Virus record (IMG/VR): IMGVR_UViG_3300031695_000001
Source: a virus
Length of the DNA stretch: 64,000 nucleotides
Reading direction: 5' to 3' (one strand)
Below, in pieces: positions 1 through 8,903 of this stretch. The number at the start of each line of letters is the position of its first letter. Position 1 is the first letter of the stretch. The notes below the pieces were generated by a model, which saw only the letters and a program-made list of their open reading frames with translations, ran no database searches and was not told where the DNA came from. Both the position numbers and the translations under genes were made by a program.

Positions 1-135
1 ATGCGCACAATGGTCAGCAATATCAACAGCACTACACACAAAGTCTATGCCCGGTATGTCACGAATGTCGCAGGTCTTATATCCTGGACGCTTTGGGTTT
101 GCTCCGCATCCGAATTCTAGTTGTATTAGACTCAT
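1..135 (-). CDS. SAM-dependent methyltransferase, N-terminal part (runs off window)
   Basis: Hand translation MSLIQLEFGCGANPKRPGYKTCDIRDIPGIDFVC...; LEFGCG motif I; AGGA upstream; not in ORF track. Confidence 0.7.
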   Translation of the reverse strand, partial: MSLIQLEFGCGANPKRPGYKTCDIRDIPGIDFVCSAVDIADHCAH

Positions 136-168
136 TATTAATTCCTATCAATGTGGTGTTACTGCTAT

Positions 169-933
169 TTACCGAAGCAACTTAGGACTCAGTTGTCCTT
201 TGAGCATAGGCTCGGTTGATAGGCTTAGCTTGTGAGTGATCCACGGCAACTTGTCTAAGTCGAGTGTAGTGTGATCAGTCAAGCAAGTATTAAGTGCCTC
301 TGCTAGTACATGATGATTATCACGTAGCATATGGTTAACACGTTGGTCAGGCAACGGTCGAGCATAGTACTTGTCCATTGCACTTTGATTTTTAAACTCA
401 GGTGTGCATACTGCATCAAATAGACTACCTCGTACACTTACTGTGCCTTCGTGTAGTATGTCTGTAGTGTTATTAAACCCAGGTATAACAATTAAGTTTA
501 TACCCGCTGTACGAAGCGTTAAGGCGTATGCATTCCACCATGCAGTAGTAGCATCGTACTTCCAAGCATTAGTATATCCACTTTGGATATGCTTGTAGTA
601 TAACTCTATAGCTTGCATTTGTTCTGGTGTCATTTGAAAGTTGTCGGGTGGTAAATCTTTCATACTAGCGTAGTTGCTAACACTAGGAAGATCCCAAAGG
701 AACCAATGGCGATCAGCATGAGTTGTTATAACTATCACAGTGTCGCCTTGTGTATGCATACCGCGTTTGAAGTCTTCTATAAACTTCATACAGATCCATT
801 CATTAGCTACGCCGTAATCTGCAAAGCTCGCATAGTCTAGATTACGTATTGACGCTAGGTCTTTGTACCATTGCCATTCAATACCTTCATGCTCTGCGGC
901 ATAACTGTCTCCGTATATCCATAACTTATTCAT
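169..933 (-). CDS. SGNH/GDSL-like hypothetical protein
   Basis: N-terminal IYGDSY block and late NH motif. Confidence 0.55.
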   Translation of the reverse strand: MNKLWIYGDSYAAEHEGIEWQWYKDLASIRNLDYASFADYGVANEWICMKFIEDFKRGMHTQGDTVIVITTHADRHWFLWDLPSVSNYASMKDLPPDNFQMTPEQMQAIELYYKHIQSGYTNAWKYDATTAWWNAYALTLRTAGINLIVIPGFNNTTDILHEGTVSVRGSLFDAVCTPEFKNQSAMDKYYARPLPDQRVNHMLRDNHHVLAEALNTCLTDHTTLDLDKLPWITHKLSLSTEPMLKGQLSPKLLR

Positions 934-2371
934 CTTCGTCGCCTGGCAAATTATTAATAAAGTTTCTTAACCTAGTACTGTCTGTATCTGCTGTTATCTT
1001 TGCAACCGGAGCACCTGCATTAGGATCTTCTACACTAGCACCTGATGTAGTGTTAGAACGTTTAAGCGAATCCATAATAGTACTACTGCCTGACTTCTGT
1101 CCTGCTGACTGATAGTTGTTTTCATCGTCTTCTTCATCACAATCAAAAATACGCAGTGTGTCTAAATCAAACGCTAGATCGATCTTTTGTCCTACACCAC
1201 CTGAGTTACGTGTCTTCATTAGCTGTAACTGATAGCGTCCTCGTTCACGCATTGCTCTACTTGTAAAGATACCAAACACGTTGTCTGCTGTTTGTATCTT
1301 ACTAAGTCCACCTGATATGTGCGAGTGATCAAATTCAATCTCTTCTACTGCACCACGGTTCAACTGTGCCGCTGTAACAAACACGCAATTCAATTCCATT
1401 GCTAAGTTACGTAACTCTTCCGATACGTACTTGTCTTTAATATATAAGTTCTCTGCGCTTATCTTTGCACCGTTGGGCATTAACAAGTCTAAGTAGTCTA
1501 ACAATAGTACGTCTACTTTCTTGCCTGTTTTAATTTCATATTCTTTAATATAACTACGAACGTCGTTGGGCGTCTTACCTGAAGGCATATACTTAACTTG
1601 GAATGCACCAGACTTCTTGCCAATCATCTTAACTTTCATTTCAACATCGTCGATCTGTTTAAACACTTCACGACTTGGAATTTCAGCTATCATACTATCA
1701 ACACGCATACTAACAAGACTTTCACTAAGCTCTAGTGTAACATACAATACATTCAATCCTGCCAATGCCCAGTTAACGCCTAGGTTAGCTAAGAACAAAC
1801 TCTTACCTGCACCTGATCCACCTGCAAAGATATTCAGTTCGCCTCTGTTAAAGCCACCAAACAATTTCTTATCAATTGCTGTCCAGCCTGTACTTACTTG
1901 TCCGTTACTACTCTTAATGCTTTCTAGTCTACCTCTAGGGTCAGCAAAGTAATCTGTACCCAAGTCTTTTTGTAAACCAATTTGTACAGCCTTCTTAACT
2001 AGATCTTCTACTGGCCCATACTCACCTTTCTCAAGTAAGTCTGCACTTTGTAAAATAGCCGCTTCTAATGCTTTGTGTCTACTAAACGTTTCAAACTCTG
2101 AAAGCAACCAATCATAATGACTCTCTTGTAATTCGCCAGGGTGTTTCAAGTTGCTTTGGGTTGCCGCATTAATCATATCAAAGTTAGGCAATGCGTTATG
2201 TTCAGTTACATAATCATTTAGAAACTTTGCTGGATCTGTTAGACGTCTATCAAACGCTTCTGGATCAAATACTGCTTGACAGCGTACAAAGCTCTCAGCA
2301 TCTGTCATCATCATTTCAAGATATACCTTTTGTATATCGTACCCGTAGTCTGTGTTTTGTCTAGTGCTCAT
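926..2371 (-). CDS. gp41: Replicative DnaB-like helicase (T4 gp41-like)
   Basis: Walker A GGSGAGKS, LLLDYLDL Walker B, TAAQLNR, KTRN motifs. Confidence 0.95.
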   Translation of the reverse strand: MSTRQNTDYGYDIQKVYLEMMMTDAESFVRCQAVFDPEAFDRRLTDPAKFLNDYVTEHNALPNFDMINAATQSNLKHPGELQESHYDWLLSEFETFSRHKALEAAILQSADLLEKGEYGPVEDLVKKAVQIGLQKDLGTDYFADPRGRLESIKSSNGQVSTGWTAIDKKLFGGFNRGELNIFAGGSGAGKSLFLANLGVNWALAGLNVLYVTLELSESLVSMRVDSMIAEIPSREVFKQIDDVEMKVKMIGKKSGAFQVKYMPSGKTPNDVRSYIKEYEIKTGKKVDVLLLDYLDLLMPNGAKISAENLYIKDKYVSEELRNLAMELNCVFVTAAQLNRGAVEEIEFDHSHISGGLSKIQTADNVFGIFTSRAMRERGRYQLQLMKTRNSGGVGQKIDLAFDLDTLRIFDCDEEDDENNYQSAGQKSGSSTIMDSLKRSNTTSGASVEDPNAGAPVAKITADTDSTRLRNFINNLPGDEDE

Positions 2372-2376
2372 ACTTT

Positions 2377-2406
2377 ATTATACAGCCTTATACCATTGTT
2401 TGTCAA
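2377..2406 (-). promoter_or_regulatory. sigma70-type promoter of helicase (predicted leaderless)
   Basis: TTGACA-N18-TATAAT, 5 nt before ATG at 2371. Confidence 0.75.
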
Positions 2407-3340
2407 GTGTTACTTTAGTTTTTGTTTGTGCTAATACTGCACCTACACAACTGCCCGGGTCTCCTGGATTGTGCGGAACATGTGCTGGATATTGATCCTG
2501 TCTAATTAAGTTTACTGCTTTCCTGTTCAATGCTCCTCCGCCTGCTAGTGCTAGATACTTTGATTTTGTTTTAAACAATGTCCACTCGTGTATCTCTAAT
2601 AAACAGGTTTCGAATACAGACTGTACTGCTGCCGCTAGATCGTTATAGTCCTCAGGATTAATCTCGCCCTGTCGCCACCAGTCGATACCTCTGTGCATGT
2701 TCTCTCGCATCTTAATAAACGGCCGACCCTGGTTGAGGTCTACAATTTCTGTAAGCAGTAAGTTAGTATATCTATCTGGGTCACCTTGCGCTGCCATGTC
2801 TGCTACTAAGTATTCGTCACGTTGTGCTTGTAGCCCCATACGTTGTGTCATAGCACTATAGAATAGGCCCAAGCTATGTGGATAGCCCTGACTGTGTATC
2901 TTCTTTAGTTTGTTGTTCTTTCCGTGCCATATAGTCAGGGTCTCGAACTCTCCAATACTGTCCATTACAATTACAGCACAATCATCATGTGGCTGAGTGT
3001 AATAAGCATAGGCCGCATGACTTAGATGATGCTGGGTGTACTCAATTTTACAAGTAATGTCCCAACGCTTGAGATATTCTTTAATATTATTCTCAGCTCT
3101 TAGCCACCCTTGGCCAGCCCAGTACTGACGCAGTGTCTTTAAGAAGGGACGCTCGTACCAAACTATTTTAGACGGTGCACCATATTTGTGCCTAGCTATC
3201 TCTAACATAGTCCAATTAAAGTCAGGGTCGTTAGGTACGTCACTAAAGTCTTTAGCCAGTGCCGCCCACAAAAAAACATCATCGTCGAACACTGCTAAAC
3301 TTGCATCATGACTGTTGCCAACCATTCCCCAAATTATCAT
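2378..3340 (-). CDS. Carbamoyltransferase (NodU/CmcH family), N-terminal Kae1-like domain only
   Basis: SHDAS, HHLSHAA, DSIGE, SLGLFYS, AGGGALN, PGDPGSCVGA motifs; no C-terminal GPRALG domain. Confidence 0.85.
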   Translation of the reverse strand: MIIWGMVGNSHDASLAVFDDDVFLWAALAKDFSDVPNDPDFNWTMLEIARHKYGAPSKIVWYERPFLKTLRQYWAGQGWLRAENNIKEYLKRWDITCKIEYTQHHLSHAAYAYYTQPHDDCAVIVMDSIGEFETLTIWHGKNNKLKKIHSQGYPHSLGLFYSAMTQRMGLQAQRDEYLVADMAAQGDPDRYTNLLLTEIVDLNQGRPFIKMRENMHRGIDWWRQGEINPEDYNDLAAAVQSVFETCLLEIHEWTLFKTKSKYLALAGGGALNRKAVNLIRQDQYPAHVPHNPGDPGSCVGAVLAQTKTKVTLDKQWYKAV

Positions 3341-4194
3341 AGCACACGCCCTAGTACTTGCATGTCTGGTATGTTTAATTTAGTAGGATCATCTACAACA
3401 AGTAACATGCCCCAACCACAGTTAAATGTACTTTCGAATTCAAAGTCGTTTGACTTCTTGCATCGTACACGTAAGTCCTCCCAGAAACTTCCAGGTTCAA
3501 ATCCAGGAAGATTAAGTTCGTAATCGTGTCCGTGTAGTATCCTTATTATATTTCCGTGGATACCGCCGCCTGTTATATGGGCACATCCATTAATGTGTTC
3601 TAGGTTATCCATAACTTCGTTAGTGTAAATTCTAGTAGGTGTTAGTGGAATTTCCATTATAGGAATAAGTCTGCGCAATAAACTATACCCGTTACTATGC
3701 GGGCCGCTACTTGGAATGCCTACAATGTACTCTCCGCCTTTTGTCATTTTTGGAAGTAACTTTTCCATAATGCCCATAGCAAAGCCGCCTAAGTCGTAAC
3801 GGTGATTTACAAACATGCCAGGTAGTTCAGCAGTTTCGCCGCCTATCAATTTACATCCAGCTAGTCTGCATCCTTCAAGGATACCGTCCATAATCTCTCT
3901 GCTCTTCTTTAAACTAATAGCACCAGTTGCGTAGTAGTCTAAAAAACTATGGGGCCTTGCTCCTTGACATAACAAGTCGTTAGTACACATAGCAACTAAG
4001 TCAATGCCAATAGTGTCATGTTTGTTTTGTGCTTCGGCAACTAGGATCTTTGTTCCTACGCCGTCAGCTGACATTACGATAGTTGGATTAACACCTTCTA
4101 GTTCGACTATTGCGCCGAACCCTTCTAGTTTTAAATGCTCAACTAGCCTGTCGGCTTTAGATATATCGACTCCTGCATCTTTATAGATTGTCAT
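3337..4194 (-). CDS. purM: Phosphoribosylaminoimidazole (AIR) synthetase
   Basis: YKDAGVD, DGVGTK, GGETAELPG, SSGPHSNGYSL, HITGGG, FNCGWG motifs. Confidence 0.95.
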   Translation of the reverse strand: MTIYKDAGVDISKADRLVEHLKLEGFGAIVELEGVNPTIVMSADGVGTKILVAEAQNKHDTIGIDLVAMCTNDLLCQGARPHSFLDYYATGAISLKKSREIMDGILEGCRLAGCKLIGGETAELPGMFVNHRYDLGGFAMGIMEKLLPKMTKGGEYIVGIPSSGPHSNGYSLLRRLIPIMEIPLTPTRIYTNEVMDNLEHINGCAHITGGGIHGNIIRILHGHDYELNLPGFEPGSFWEDLRVRCKKSNDFEFESTFNCGWGMLLVVDDPTKLNIPDMQVLGRVL

Positions 4195-4207
4195 GTATAT
4201 TACTCCT

Positions 4208-4330
4208 CTACTTGTATATGAATGGATCGCGTTTGCGTAGTTCTTCCATGCGCTTTTTAAATGCTTTATTTTCTTTGTACTTTGTGTAAGGAGTTTTAAT
4301 CCACTCCCATGCTTTTTTTAGTTTTTCCAT
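4208..4330 (-). CDS. Small hypothetical protein (40 aa)
   Basis: Hand translation MEKLKKAWEWIKTPYTKYKENKAFKKRMEELRKRDPFIYK; fills the gap between primase and purM. Confidence 0.7.
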   Translation of the reverse strand: MEKLKKAWEWIKTPYTKYKENKAFKKRMEELRKRDPFIYK

Positions 4331-5298
4331 TTTTTTGCTCTCAATCGTATTTTTAAAGGACTAGTTTCTGCACAGCTAACTATCCTGTGCAGTGCATATA
4401 GTCTGCCGTGTTTAGCAACAGCTTCACCAATATCATTTATATCTTTATCCCAGTCTGGTAAACTTACTCCCCAGCCTAGTTCAATTGCTTGTTCTATTAA
4501 TTTATATCCTGCAGGATCTCTGTCAGGAACAACTATTACATCTTTACTTAACCGATTGATCAACATTGCTTGTTGATCTTTGATTTCGCTTCCGCCTATT
4601 GCACAGCCATCTACGTATATAGCATCCAACTGTCCTTCGACTAGTATGACAAATAACTTATCATGCCCTTGCTTGTCTAGACCGTATACAAATCCAGGTT
4701 GCACTTCTGTATTATACTTAGGTTGCTTATTAGGTTGTATAGTTCTGCCAGTCCACCCGACTATGCGATTCTCGTAATAAAAAGGAATAATAAGTCTGTC
4801 TCGCCATCCTAAGCTAGGAGACCAGTAATAGTCTGTGTCGGTAACATGTAAGTCACGTGCGGCCATGTATTCAAGTATAGCCATACTGTGATTTGTAAAC
4901 TCTGTAAGGTCTGAAATCTTAACTGCATTGTCCGGCAACGGTACAGTATCAAATGTAGGTAACTCAACTAATCGTTGCTTAACAACAAAGCCTTCATTCT
5001 CTTGCATAACTTGTAGTGCAAGTTTATTAATTATATCGTCTGGCGTGTTAAGCCATTGTAATAGTTTGCGTAGCTTGTGTGATACGTTCCTGCCTGGTTG
5101 CCAACTAGCTTTGTATCCACAGTTAAAGCAATGATAGCTTACTGTGTCGCCTTCACTAATTAATCCGCCACGTGCCCGCTTGTCAGCCGTATCACCATTG
5201 TGTACACAACAGGGTGCATTAAAGCTAGTCCAACCACTCGGAGTGGTCTTACGCTTAGAAGGCAGATGTGCTAATAGTGTGTCAGAAACAATACTCAT
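4318..5298 (-). CDS. gp61: DNA primase (T4 gp61-like)
   Basis: N-terminal Zn ribbon (CCVH...HCFNC), TOPRIM VEGQLDA and PDRD motifs. Confidence 0.9.
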   Translation of the reverse strand: MSIVSDTLLAHLPSKRKTTPSGWTSFNAPCCVHNGDTADKRARGGLISEGDTVSYHCFNCGYKASWQPGRNVSHKLRKLLQWLNTPDDIINKLALQVMQENEGFVVKQRLVELPTFDTVPLPDNAVKISDLTEFTNHSMAILEYMAARDLHVTDTDYYWSPSLGWRDRLIIPFYYENRIVGWTGRTIQPNKQPKYNTEVQPGFVYGLDKQGHDKLFVILVEGQLDAIYVDGCAIGGSEIKDQQAMLINRLSKDVIVVPDRDPAGYKLIEQAIELGWGVSLPDWDKDINDIGEAVAKHGRLYALHRIVSCAETSPLKIRLRAKKWKN

Positions 5299-5304
5299 AC
5301 AAGT

Positions 5305-5333
5305 ATTATAACTTACTTTGCACTATTTGTCAA
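5305..5333 (-). promoter_or_regulatory. sigma70-type promoter of primase (predicted leaderless)
   Basis: TTGACA-N17-TATAAT, 6 nt before ATG at 5298. Confidence 0.85.
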
Positions 5334-6110
5334 TCAATTTCGTACAAGTATTTTGGTAATTTTATCTGCTGGGTTGGCGCTTGTTTTGAATCGTACATTG
5401 CCCAACACACCGTTAAAGTTAACTGGTGTCGGTTGTGTTTCAGATCCTGTGAATGTTAACGTATCAATAACAGCCCACGTTGTGCTATCAGTGATTGCAT
5501 CATCAAGTGTTGCTTCTACAGTAACAGTGCCTATATAAGAACTAGTGTATACTACGGCAGTATGTAATGCTTCGTTGCCATTAATTCCTGGTTCGGCTGA
5601 TACTGCTGTACTTACGTACTTTCCAGTACCTACTCCTGTTTGCGTAAACGTAGTAACTGCTTTTGACTCTTGTACACCAGGAAATGCATCTTCACTTACA
5701 CACATAACACCGCTATTAACAAAGTGCGTGTCTGAGTACGTAAGGGTCCTTGCTGACGTAGTGTTGTCTTGTAGCACAATATTATAAGTTAAGTATTGTT
5801 GTTCTAAGTTTAACAAGTCGCTTTCAGTTATAGTTACTGTAAACAATCCAACAATGGTTGCATGTGCAACGCCGTCGTGTTGTATTACCATTTTCTTATC
5901 TGAATTGAATGCTACAAACTTTGGTGTCTTTCCTGTCAGGGCAACTGCCTTTTGATCTGCATTAAGTAGTTTAAATTGTAGGGCATTGTCAATGCCTTTA
6001 TATAATTTTATCTGTTTTGTATACACTGGTCTGTACTCCGTGACATGGCCCAGTTCACTCACAAGGACCGTTGTTCTGTTATCGACTAAATATCTAGGTA
6101 TTAACTGCAT
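5334..6110 (-). CDS. Hypothetical protein, possibly virion-associated
   Basis: Beta-rich, Thr/Val-rich ORF; start revised to ATG 6110, 4 nt after an ATAAATA late-type box. Confidence 0.6.
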   Translation of the reverse strand: MQLIPRYLVDNRTTVLVSELGHVTEYRPVYTKQIKLYKGIDNALQFKLLNADQKAVALTGKTPKFVAFNSDKKMVIQHDGVAHATIVGLFTVTITESDLLNLEQQYLTYNIVLQDNTTSARTLTYSDTHFVNSGVMCVSEDAFPGVQESKAVTTFTQTGVGTGKYVSTAVSAEPGINGNEALHTAVVYTSSYIGTVTVEATLDDAITDSTTWAVIDTLTFTGSETQPTPVNFNGVLGNVRFKTSANPADKITKILVRN

Positions 6111-6136
6111 ATTGTATTTATGATTATAGGAAAAGA

Positions 6137-6508
6137 ATGTTATTAAAAGATATTGAAAAGAACTTCCCATTTGTTAGTGTCGTGCAATACGGCGGTAACG
6201 AGTATGTAGGGATTGTAATAAACCAAGATCAATTCGTTACCAGTATGTATGTTTACACAAAGATACGAACTGAAGAAGAGAAGCATCATTTTTTAGAACT
6301 AGGTAGTGCATGGTGGTGGGAGTCTAATAGATTGATTCCAATAACTATTTTCATGCGTGAAGAAGTTGCACCATTTAAGTATGCTATCATAACAATGAAT
6401 AGTAAGGATGTTAAAGTAACGATAGGGCCAACTATTAATTTAAATAATATGGCTATTAAAAGAATTAAGCGTAAAAGTGTACAGCTTGTAAAGAAGCCTA
6501 AGGGTTAA
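6137..6508 (+). CDS. Hypothetical protein
   Basis: 123-aa ORF with AGGA RBS; fills the space between minus-strand genes. Confidence 0.75.
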   Translation: MLLKDIEKNFPFVSVVQYGGNEYVGIVINQDQFVTSMYVYTKIRTEEEKHHFLELGSAWWWESNRLIPITIFMREEVAPFKYAIITMNSKDVKVTIGPTINLNNMAIKRIKRKSVQLVKKPKG

Positions 6509-7067
6509 GTTGTTCGCACAATAAGTTCATATGTACTACACACGCCATTGAATAACCTACAGCGTGTGCTTTCTTAAAGAAGTATTCGTCATTGGTTGGT
6601 TTGATCCACACTTCCTTCATTATTGTTTCCCAAGCCTTGTCCGCTAAGTGTCGTTTCGCTGGACGAATGATCGCTAGTGTCGCTGCCAATTGGCTGACCG
6701 ACGACGGCTTCAATTGCTTCAATAGTTCGCCGTGCCCGTTCAGATGAAAGACTTTGTCGCTGAAGTCTGTGTGTTCCAGAAGTTGCCATAATGGTTCTCT
6801 TTCTATTAATTGTGTTAAGTGTGCTTCGTCCCTAACGTCTTTGTATATGCTTACGTTAAGGAAGTCTAGTTTAAAGTAGCCGCGTTCTTCCGCAGTCTTA
6901 TGGTCGATAGTTGACATATTGTCAATAGGATTGTGTGGAATCTCATTTGCATAGACTCCGGTGTTGTGCTTCTTACCTGTGTTTAACTTTGCAACACGAT
7001 GTTTAATTTCGTGCAGGATAATGCTTCTATCAGCAAAGTCAATATCAATGTCAGGTAGATCGATCAC
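6498..7067 (-). CDS. Miniature DnaE (Pol III alpha)-like catalytic core
   Basis: PDIDIDF, HNTGV, KLDFL, AIIRP and YFFKKAHAVGY motifs in DnaE order; GTG start in a GTGA overlap with the upstream ORF. Confidence 0.8.
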   Translation of the reverse strand: MIDLPDIDIDFADRSIILHEIKHRVAKLNTGKKHNTGVYANEIPHNPIDNMSTIDHKTAEERGYFKLDFLNVSIYKDVRDEAHLTQLIEREPLWQLLEHTDFSDKVFHLNGHGELLKQLKPSSVSQLAATLAIIRPAKRHLADKAWETIMKEVWIKPTNDEYFFKKAHAVGYSMACVVHMNLLCEQLNP

Positions 7068-7237
7068 TGATGCTGATCCAATTCTTTTTTCAATTGTTTG
7101 CAAGTTTGTTCTAAATCTTTATATTTAATTTTAAGATCAATAAGCTCTTGTTTAGCTGTATATGTTCCGTAGTTTTCAATTTCGCCAGCATCCATAGCCA
7201 TGTATTCACCTGCTGTCATAAATTTTAAATCAACCAT
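7064..7237 (-). CDS. Small hypothetical coiled-coil protein (57 aa)
   Basis: Hand translation MVDLKFMTAGEYMAMDAGEIENYG...KELDQHQ; overlaps both neighbours. Confidence 0.65.
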   Translation of the reverse strand: MVDLKFMTAGEYMAMDAGEIENYGTYTAKQELIDLKIKYKDLEQTCKQLKKELDQHQ

Positions 7238-7394
7238 TCTTTGTAAACCTCAATTCTTTAAGTGCAAGTCCGTAAGTGCCTTTGTTAGTTACTAATTCAA
7301 ATCCGTTAAACGAAATAACTTTTTCTTTAGTGTTAGTCTCTAAATACTTTTTAACATCACCTAAACTAGACCAACTGCGTTTTAAATGTTTCAT
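7230..7394 (-). CDS. Hypothetical protein
   Basis: ATGA-coupled start at 7394. Confidence 0.65.
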   Translation of the reverse strand: MKHLKRSWSSLGDVKKYLETNTKEKVISFNGFELVTNKGTYGLALKELRFTKNG

Positions 7395-7738
7395 GTGTTG
7401 CGCTTCATCCACGTTGTTACTACGTCCTTTAACACTTCATGTGTATCTGTAAACCATGCCGCTACGTGATAATCTACGTGCTTAGGTTTCTCTGTCTTTT
7501 CTTCTATTGTATCTAACCAAACAACATAGTCAGGTTCTAAGTATTCAACTGATGCAGCCGTCTTGCAAGGTTTGTCAATAACTACTATGTTGCCAGCGGC
7601 AACCAATCCATCAACATATCCTTTTAATTCTTCATGGTAAGTGTGTTGGGTAACATACGTTGCTTTTAATAATTCTGCAAGCGGTTTAGCTAATGTAGAC
7701 TTACCGCTTCGCTGAGGTCCGCAAATTAGAATAATCAT
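7391..7738 (-). CDS. Small P-loop kinase (APS-kinase/NMP-kinase-like)
   Basis: MIILICGPQRSGKST Walker A; ATGA-coupled start at 7738. Confidence 0.7.
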   Translation of the reverse strand: MIILICGPQRSGKSTLAKPLAELLKATYVTQHTYHEELKGYVDGLVAAGNIVVIDKPCKTAASVEYLEPDYVVWLDTIEEKTEKPKHVDYHVAAWFTDTHEVLKDVVTTWMKRNT

Positions 7739-8223
7739 TTTAAATACTTTCTCATTTTCTTTGTTGCCATGTCCCACTTCAATTGGCTTACCCGATCTTT
7801 CATGGTAATGCCTTGTAAATGATCCCATTCATGTAAAAAACATTTTGCTGTGTAGCCATCGATCTTTACACTTTGCTCTTCAAGATTTTCATCAAACCAT
7901 TTAGCAAGTATTTCTGTAGGACGTTTAACTTTTACATACATTCCTGGAAAACTTAAACACCCTTCTATTTCTACAGAAGTATCTTCAGTGTGTTGTAGTA
8001 TCTCTGGGTTAATGCACATTGTACAGTTTTCTACTTTGTCGCCCATTACAAATACTTGTGCATCTAAACCTACTTGGTTAGCACTTAGGCCAATACCGTT
8101 GTTGTCTAGCATAACTTCTACCATTTGCTTTTTAAGTTCAATAGGATCAAAGCCCGGGTCTTCAATGTTTACTTGAGATACCTTTGTGTTTAAGATCTTG
8201 TTTGGATATTTTATTAATTTCAT
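7735..8223 (-). CDS. def: Peptide deformylase
   Basis: GIGLSANQ, EGCLS, HEWDH motifs. Confidence 0.97.
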   Translation of the reverse strand: MKLIKYPNKILNTKVSQVNIEDPGFDPIELKKQMVEVMLDNNGIGLSANQVGLDAQVFVMGDKVENCTMCINPEILQHTEDTSVEIEGCLSFPGMYVKVKRPTEILAKWFDENLEEQSVKIDGYTAKCFLHEWDHLQGITMKDRVSQLKWDMATKKMRKYLK

Positions 8224-8903
8224 AAGTTACTTTCCTTTGCTACGTTCTTAGCTAGTGCAACATCTGTTACTTGCCGCTTAAATCTCATTGACCAATGTTG
8301 TGGATTAATAATATTATATATTAACTCTAGTTGTTCGTCGTTTAGTTTGCTTAACATTTCCTTGCCGCTTCTGCAATTAAGCAATAACCAAGGACTAATC
8401 TTTCCATCTTTAATATGCCATACTGCTCTGTTTAAGCTAACATGTGCAAAGTAATGATTCCAAGGAGCACTCTTATCTTCAGACCATTCAACCATAGTAT
8501 TAACACTACGTTCAAGCGCAGTCTCTACACCTTCTTTTTTAATTAATTCAGTTGCATACTTTTCGTACATCTCTTCTCTGCACCAGTGGTCAAGTTTAAC
8601 TCCGCTAGTTACAACATAGTCAACATACTTCTCTGGATACAACGGCTTTACGTTACTAACAAAACTGCCAAACTTTACAAATGCATTATAGTAAACTGAC
8701 TTACAAAACTCTTCATAAGTTTTGTTTTTCTTTGCGCCTGCACTTAGTTTGTAAAACTGATTAAATGCATACATGCCTAGCTGTACTCGCCTCTCACCTT
8801 TTTGTAGTGCTCTACGTTTTGGCTGACACATGTGTACTGCAAGAGTTTTTTCTCTTGAGTAACCTGTTTTACAATATTCGCATACATAAGGTTTATCGGC
8901 CAT
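8220..8903 (-). CDS. Hypothetical protein with N-terminal Zn finger
   Basis: CEYC...HMC motif; 227-aa ORF in operon. Confidence 0.7.
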   Translation of the reverse strand: MADKPYVCEYCKTGYSREKTLAVHMCQPKRRALQKGERRVQLGMYAFNQFYKLSAGAKKNKTYEEFCKSVYYNAFVKFGSFVSNVKPLYPEKYVDYVVTSGVKLDHWCREEMYEKYATELIKKEGVETALERSVNTMVEWSEDKSAPWNHYFAHVSLNRAVWHIKDGKISPWLLLNCRSGKEMLSKLNDEQLELIYNIINPQHWSMRFKRQVTDVALAKNVAKESNL

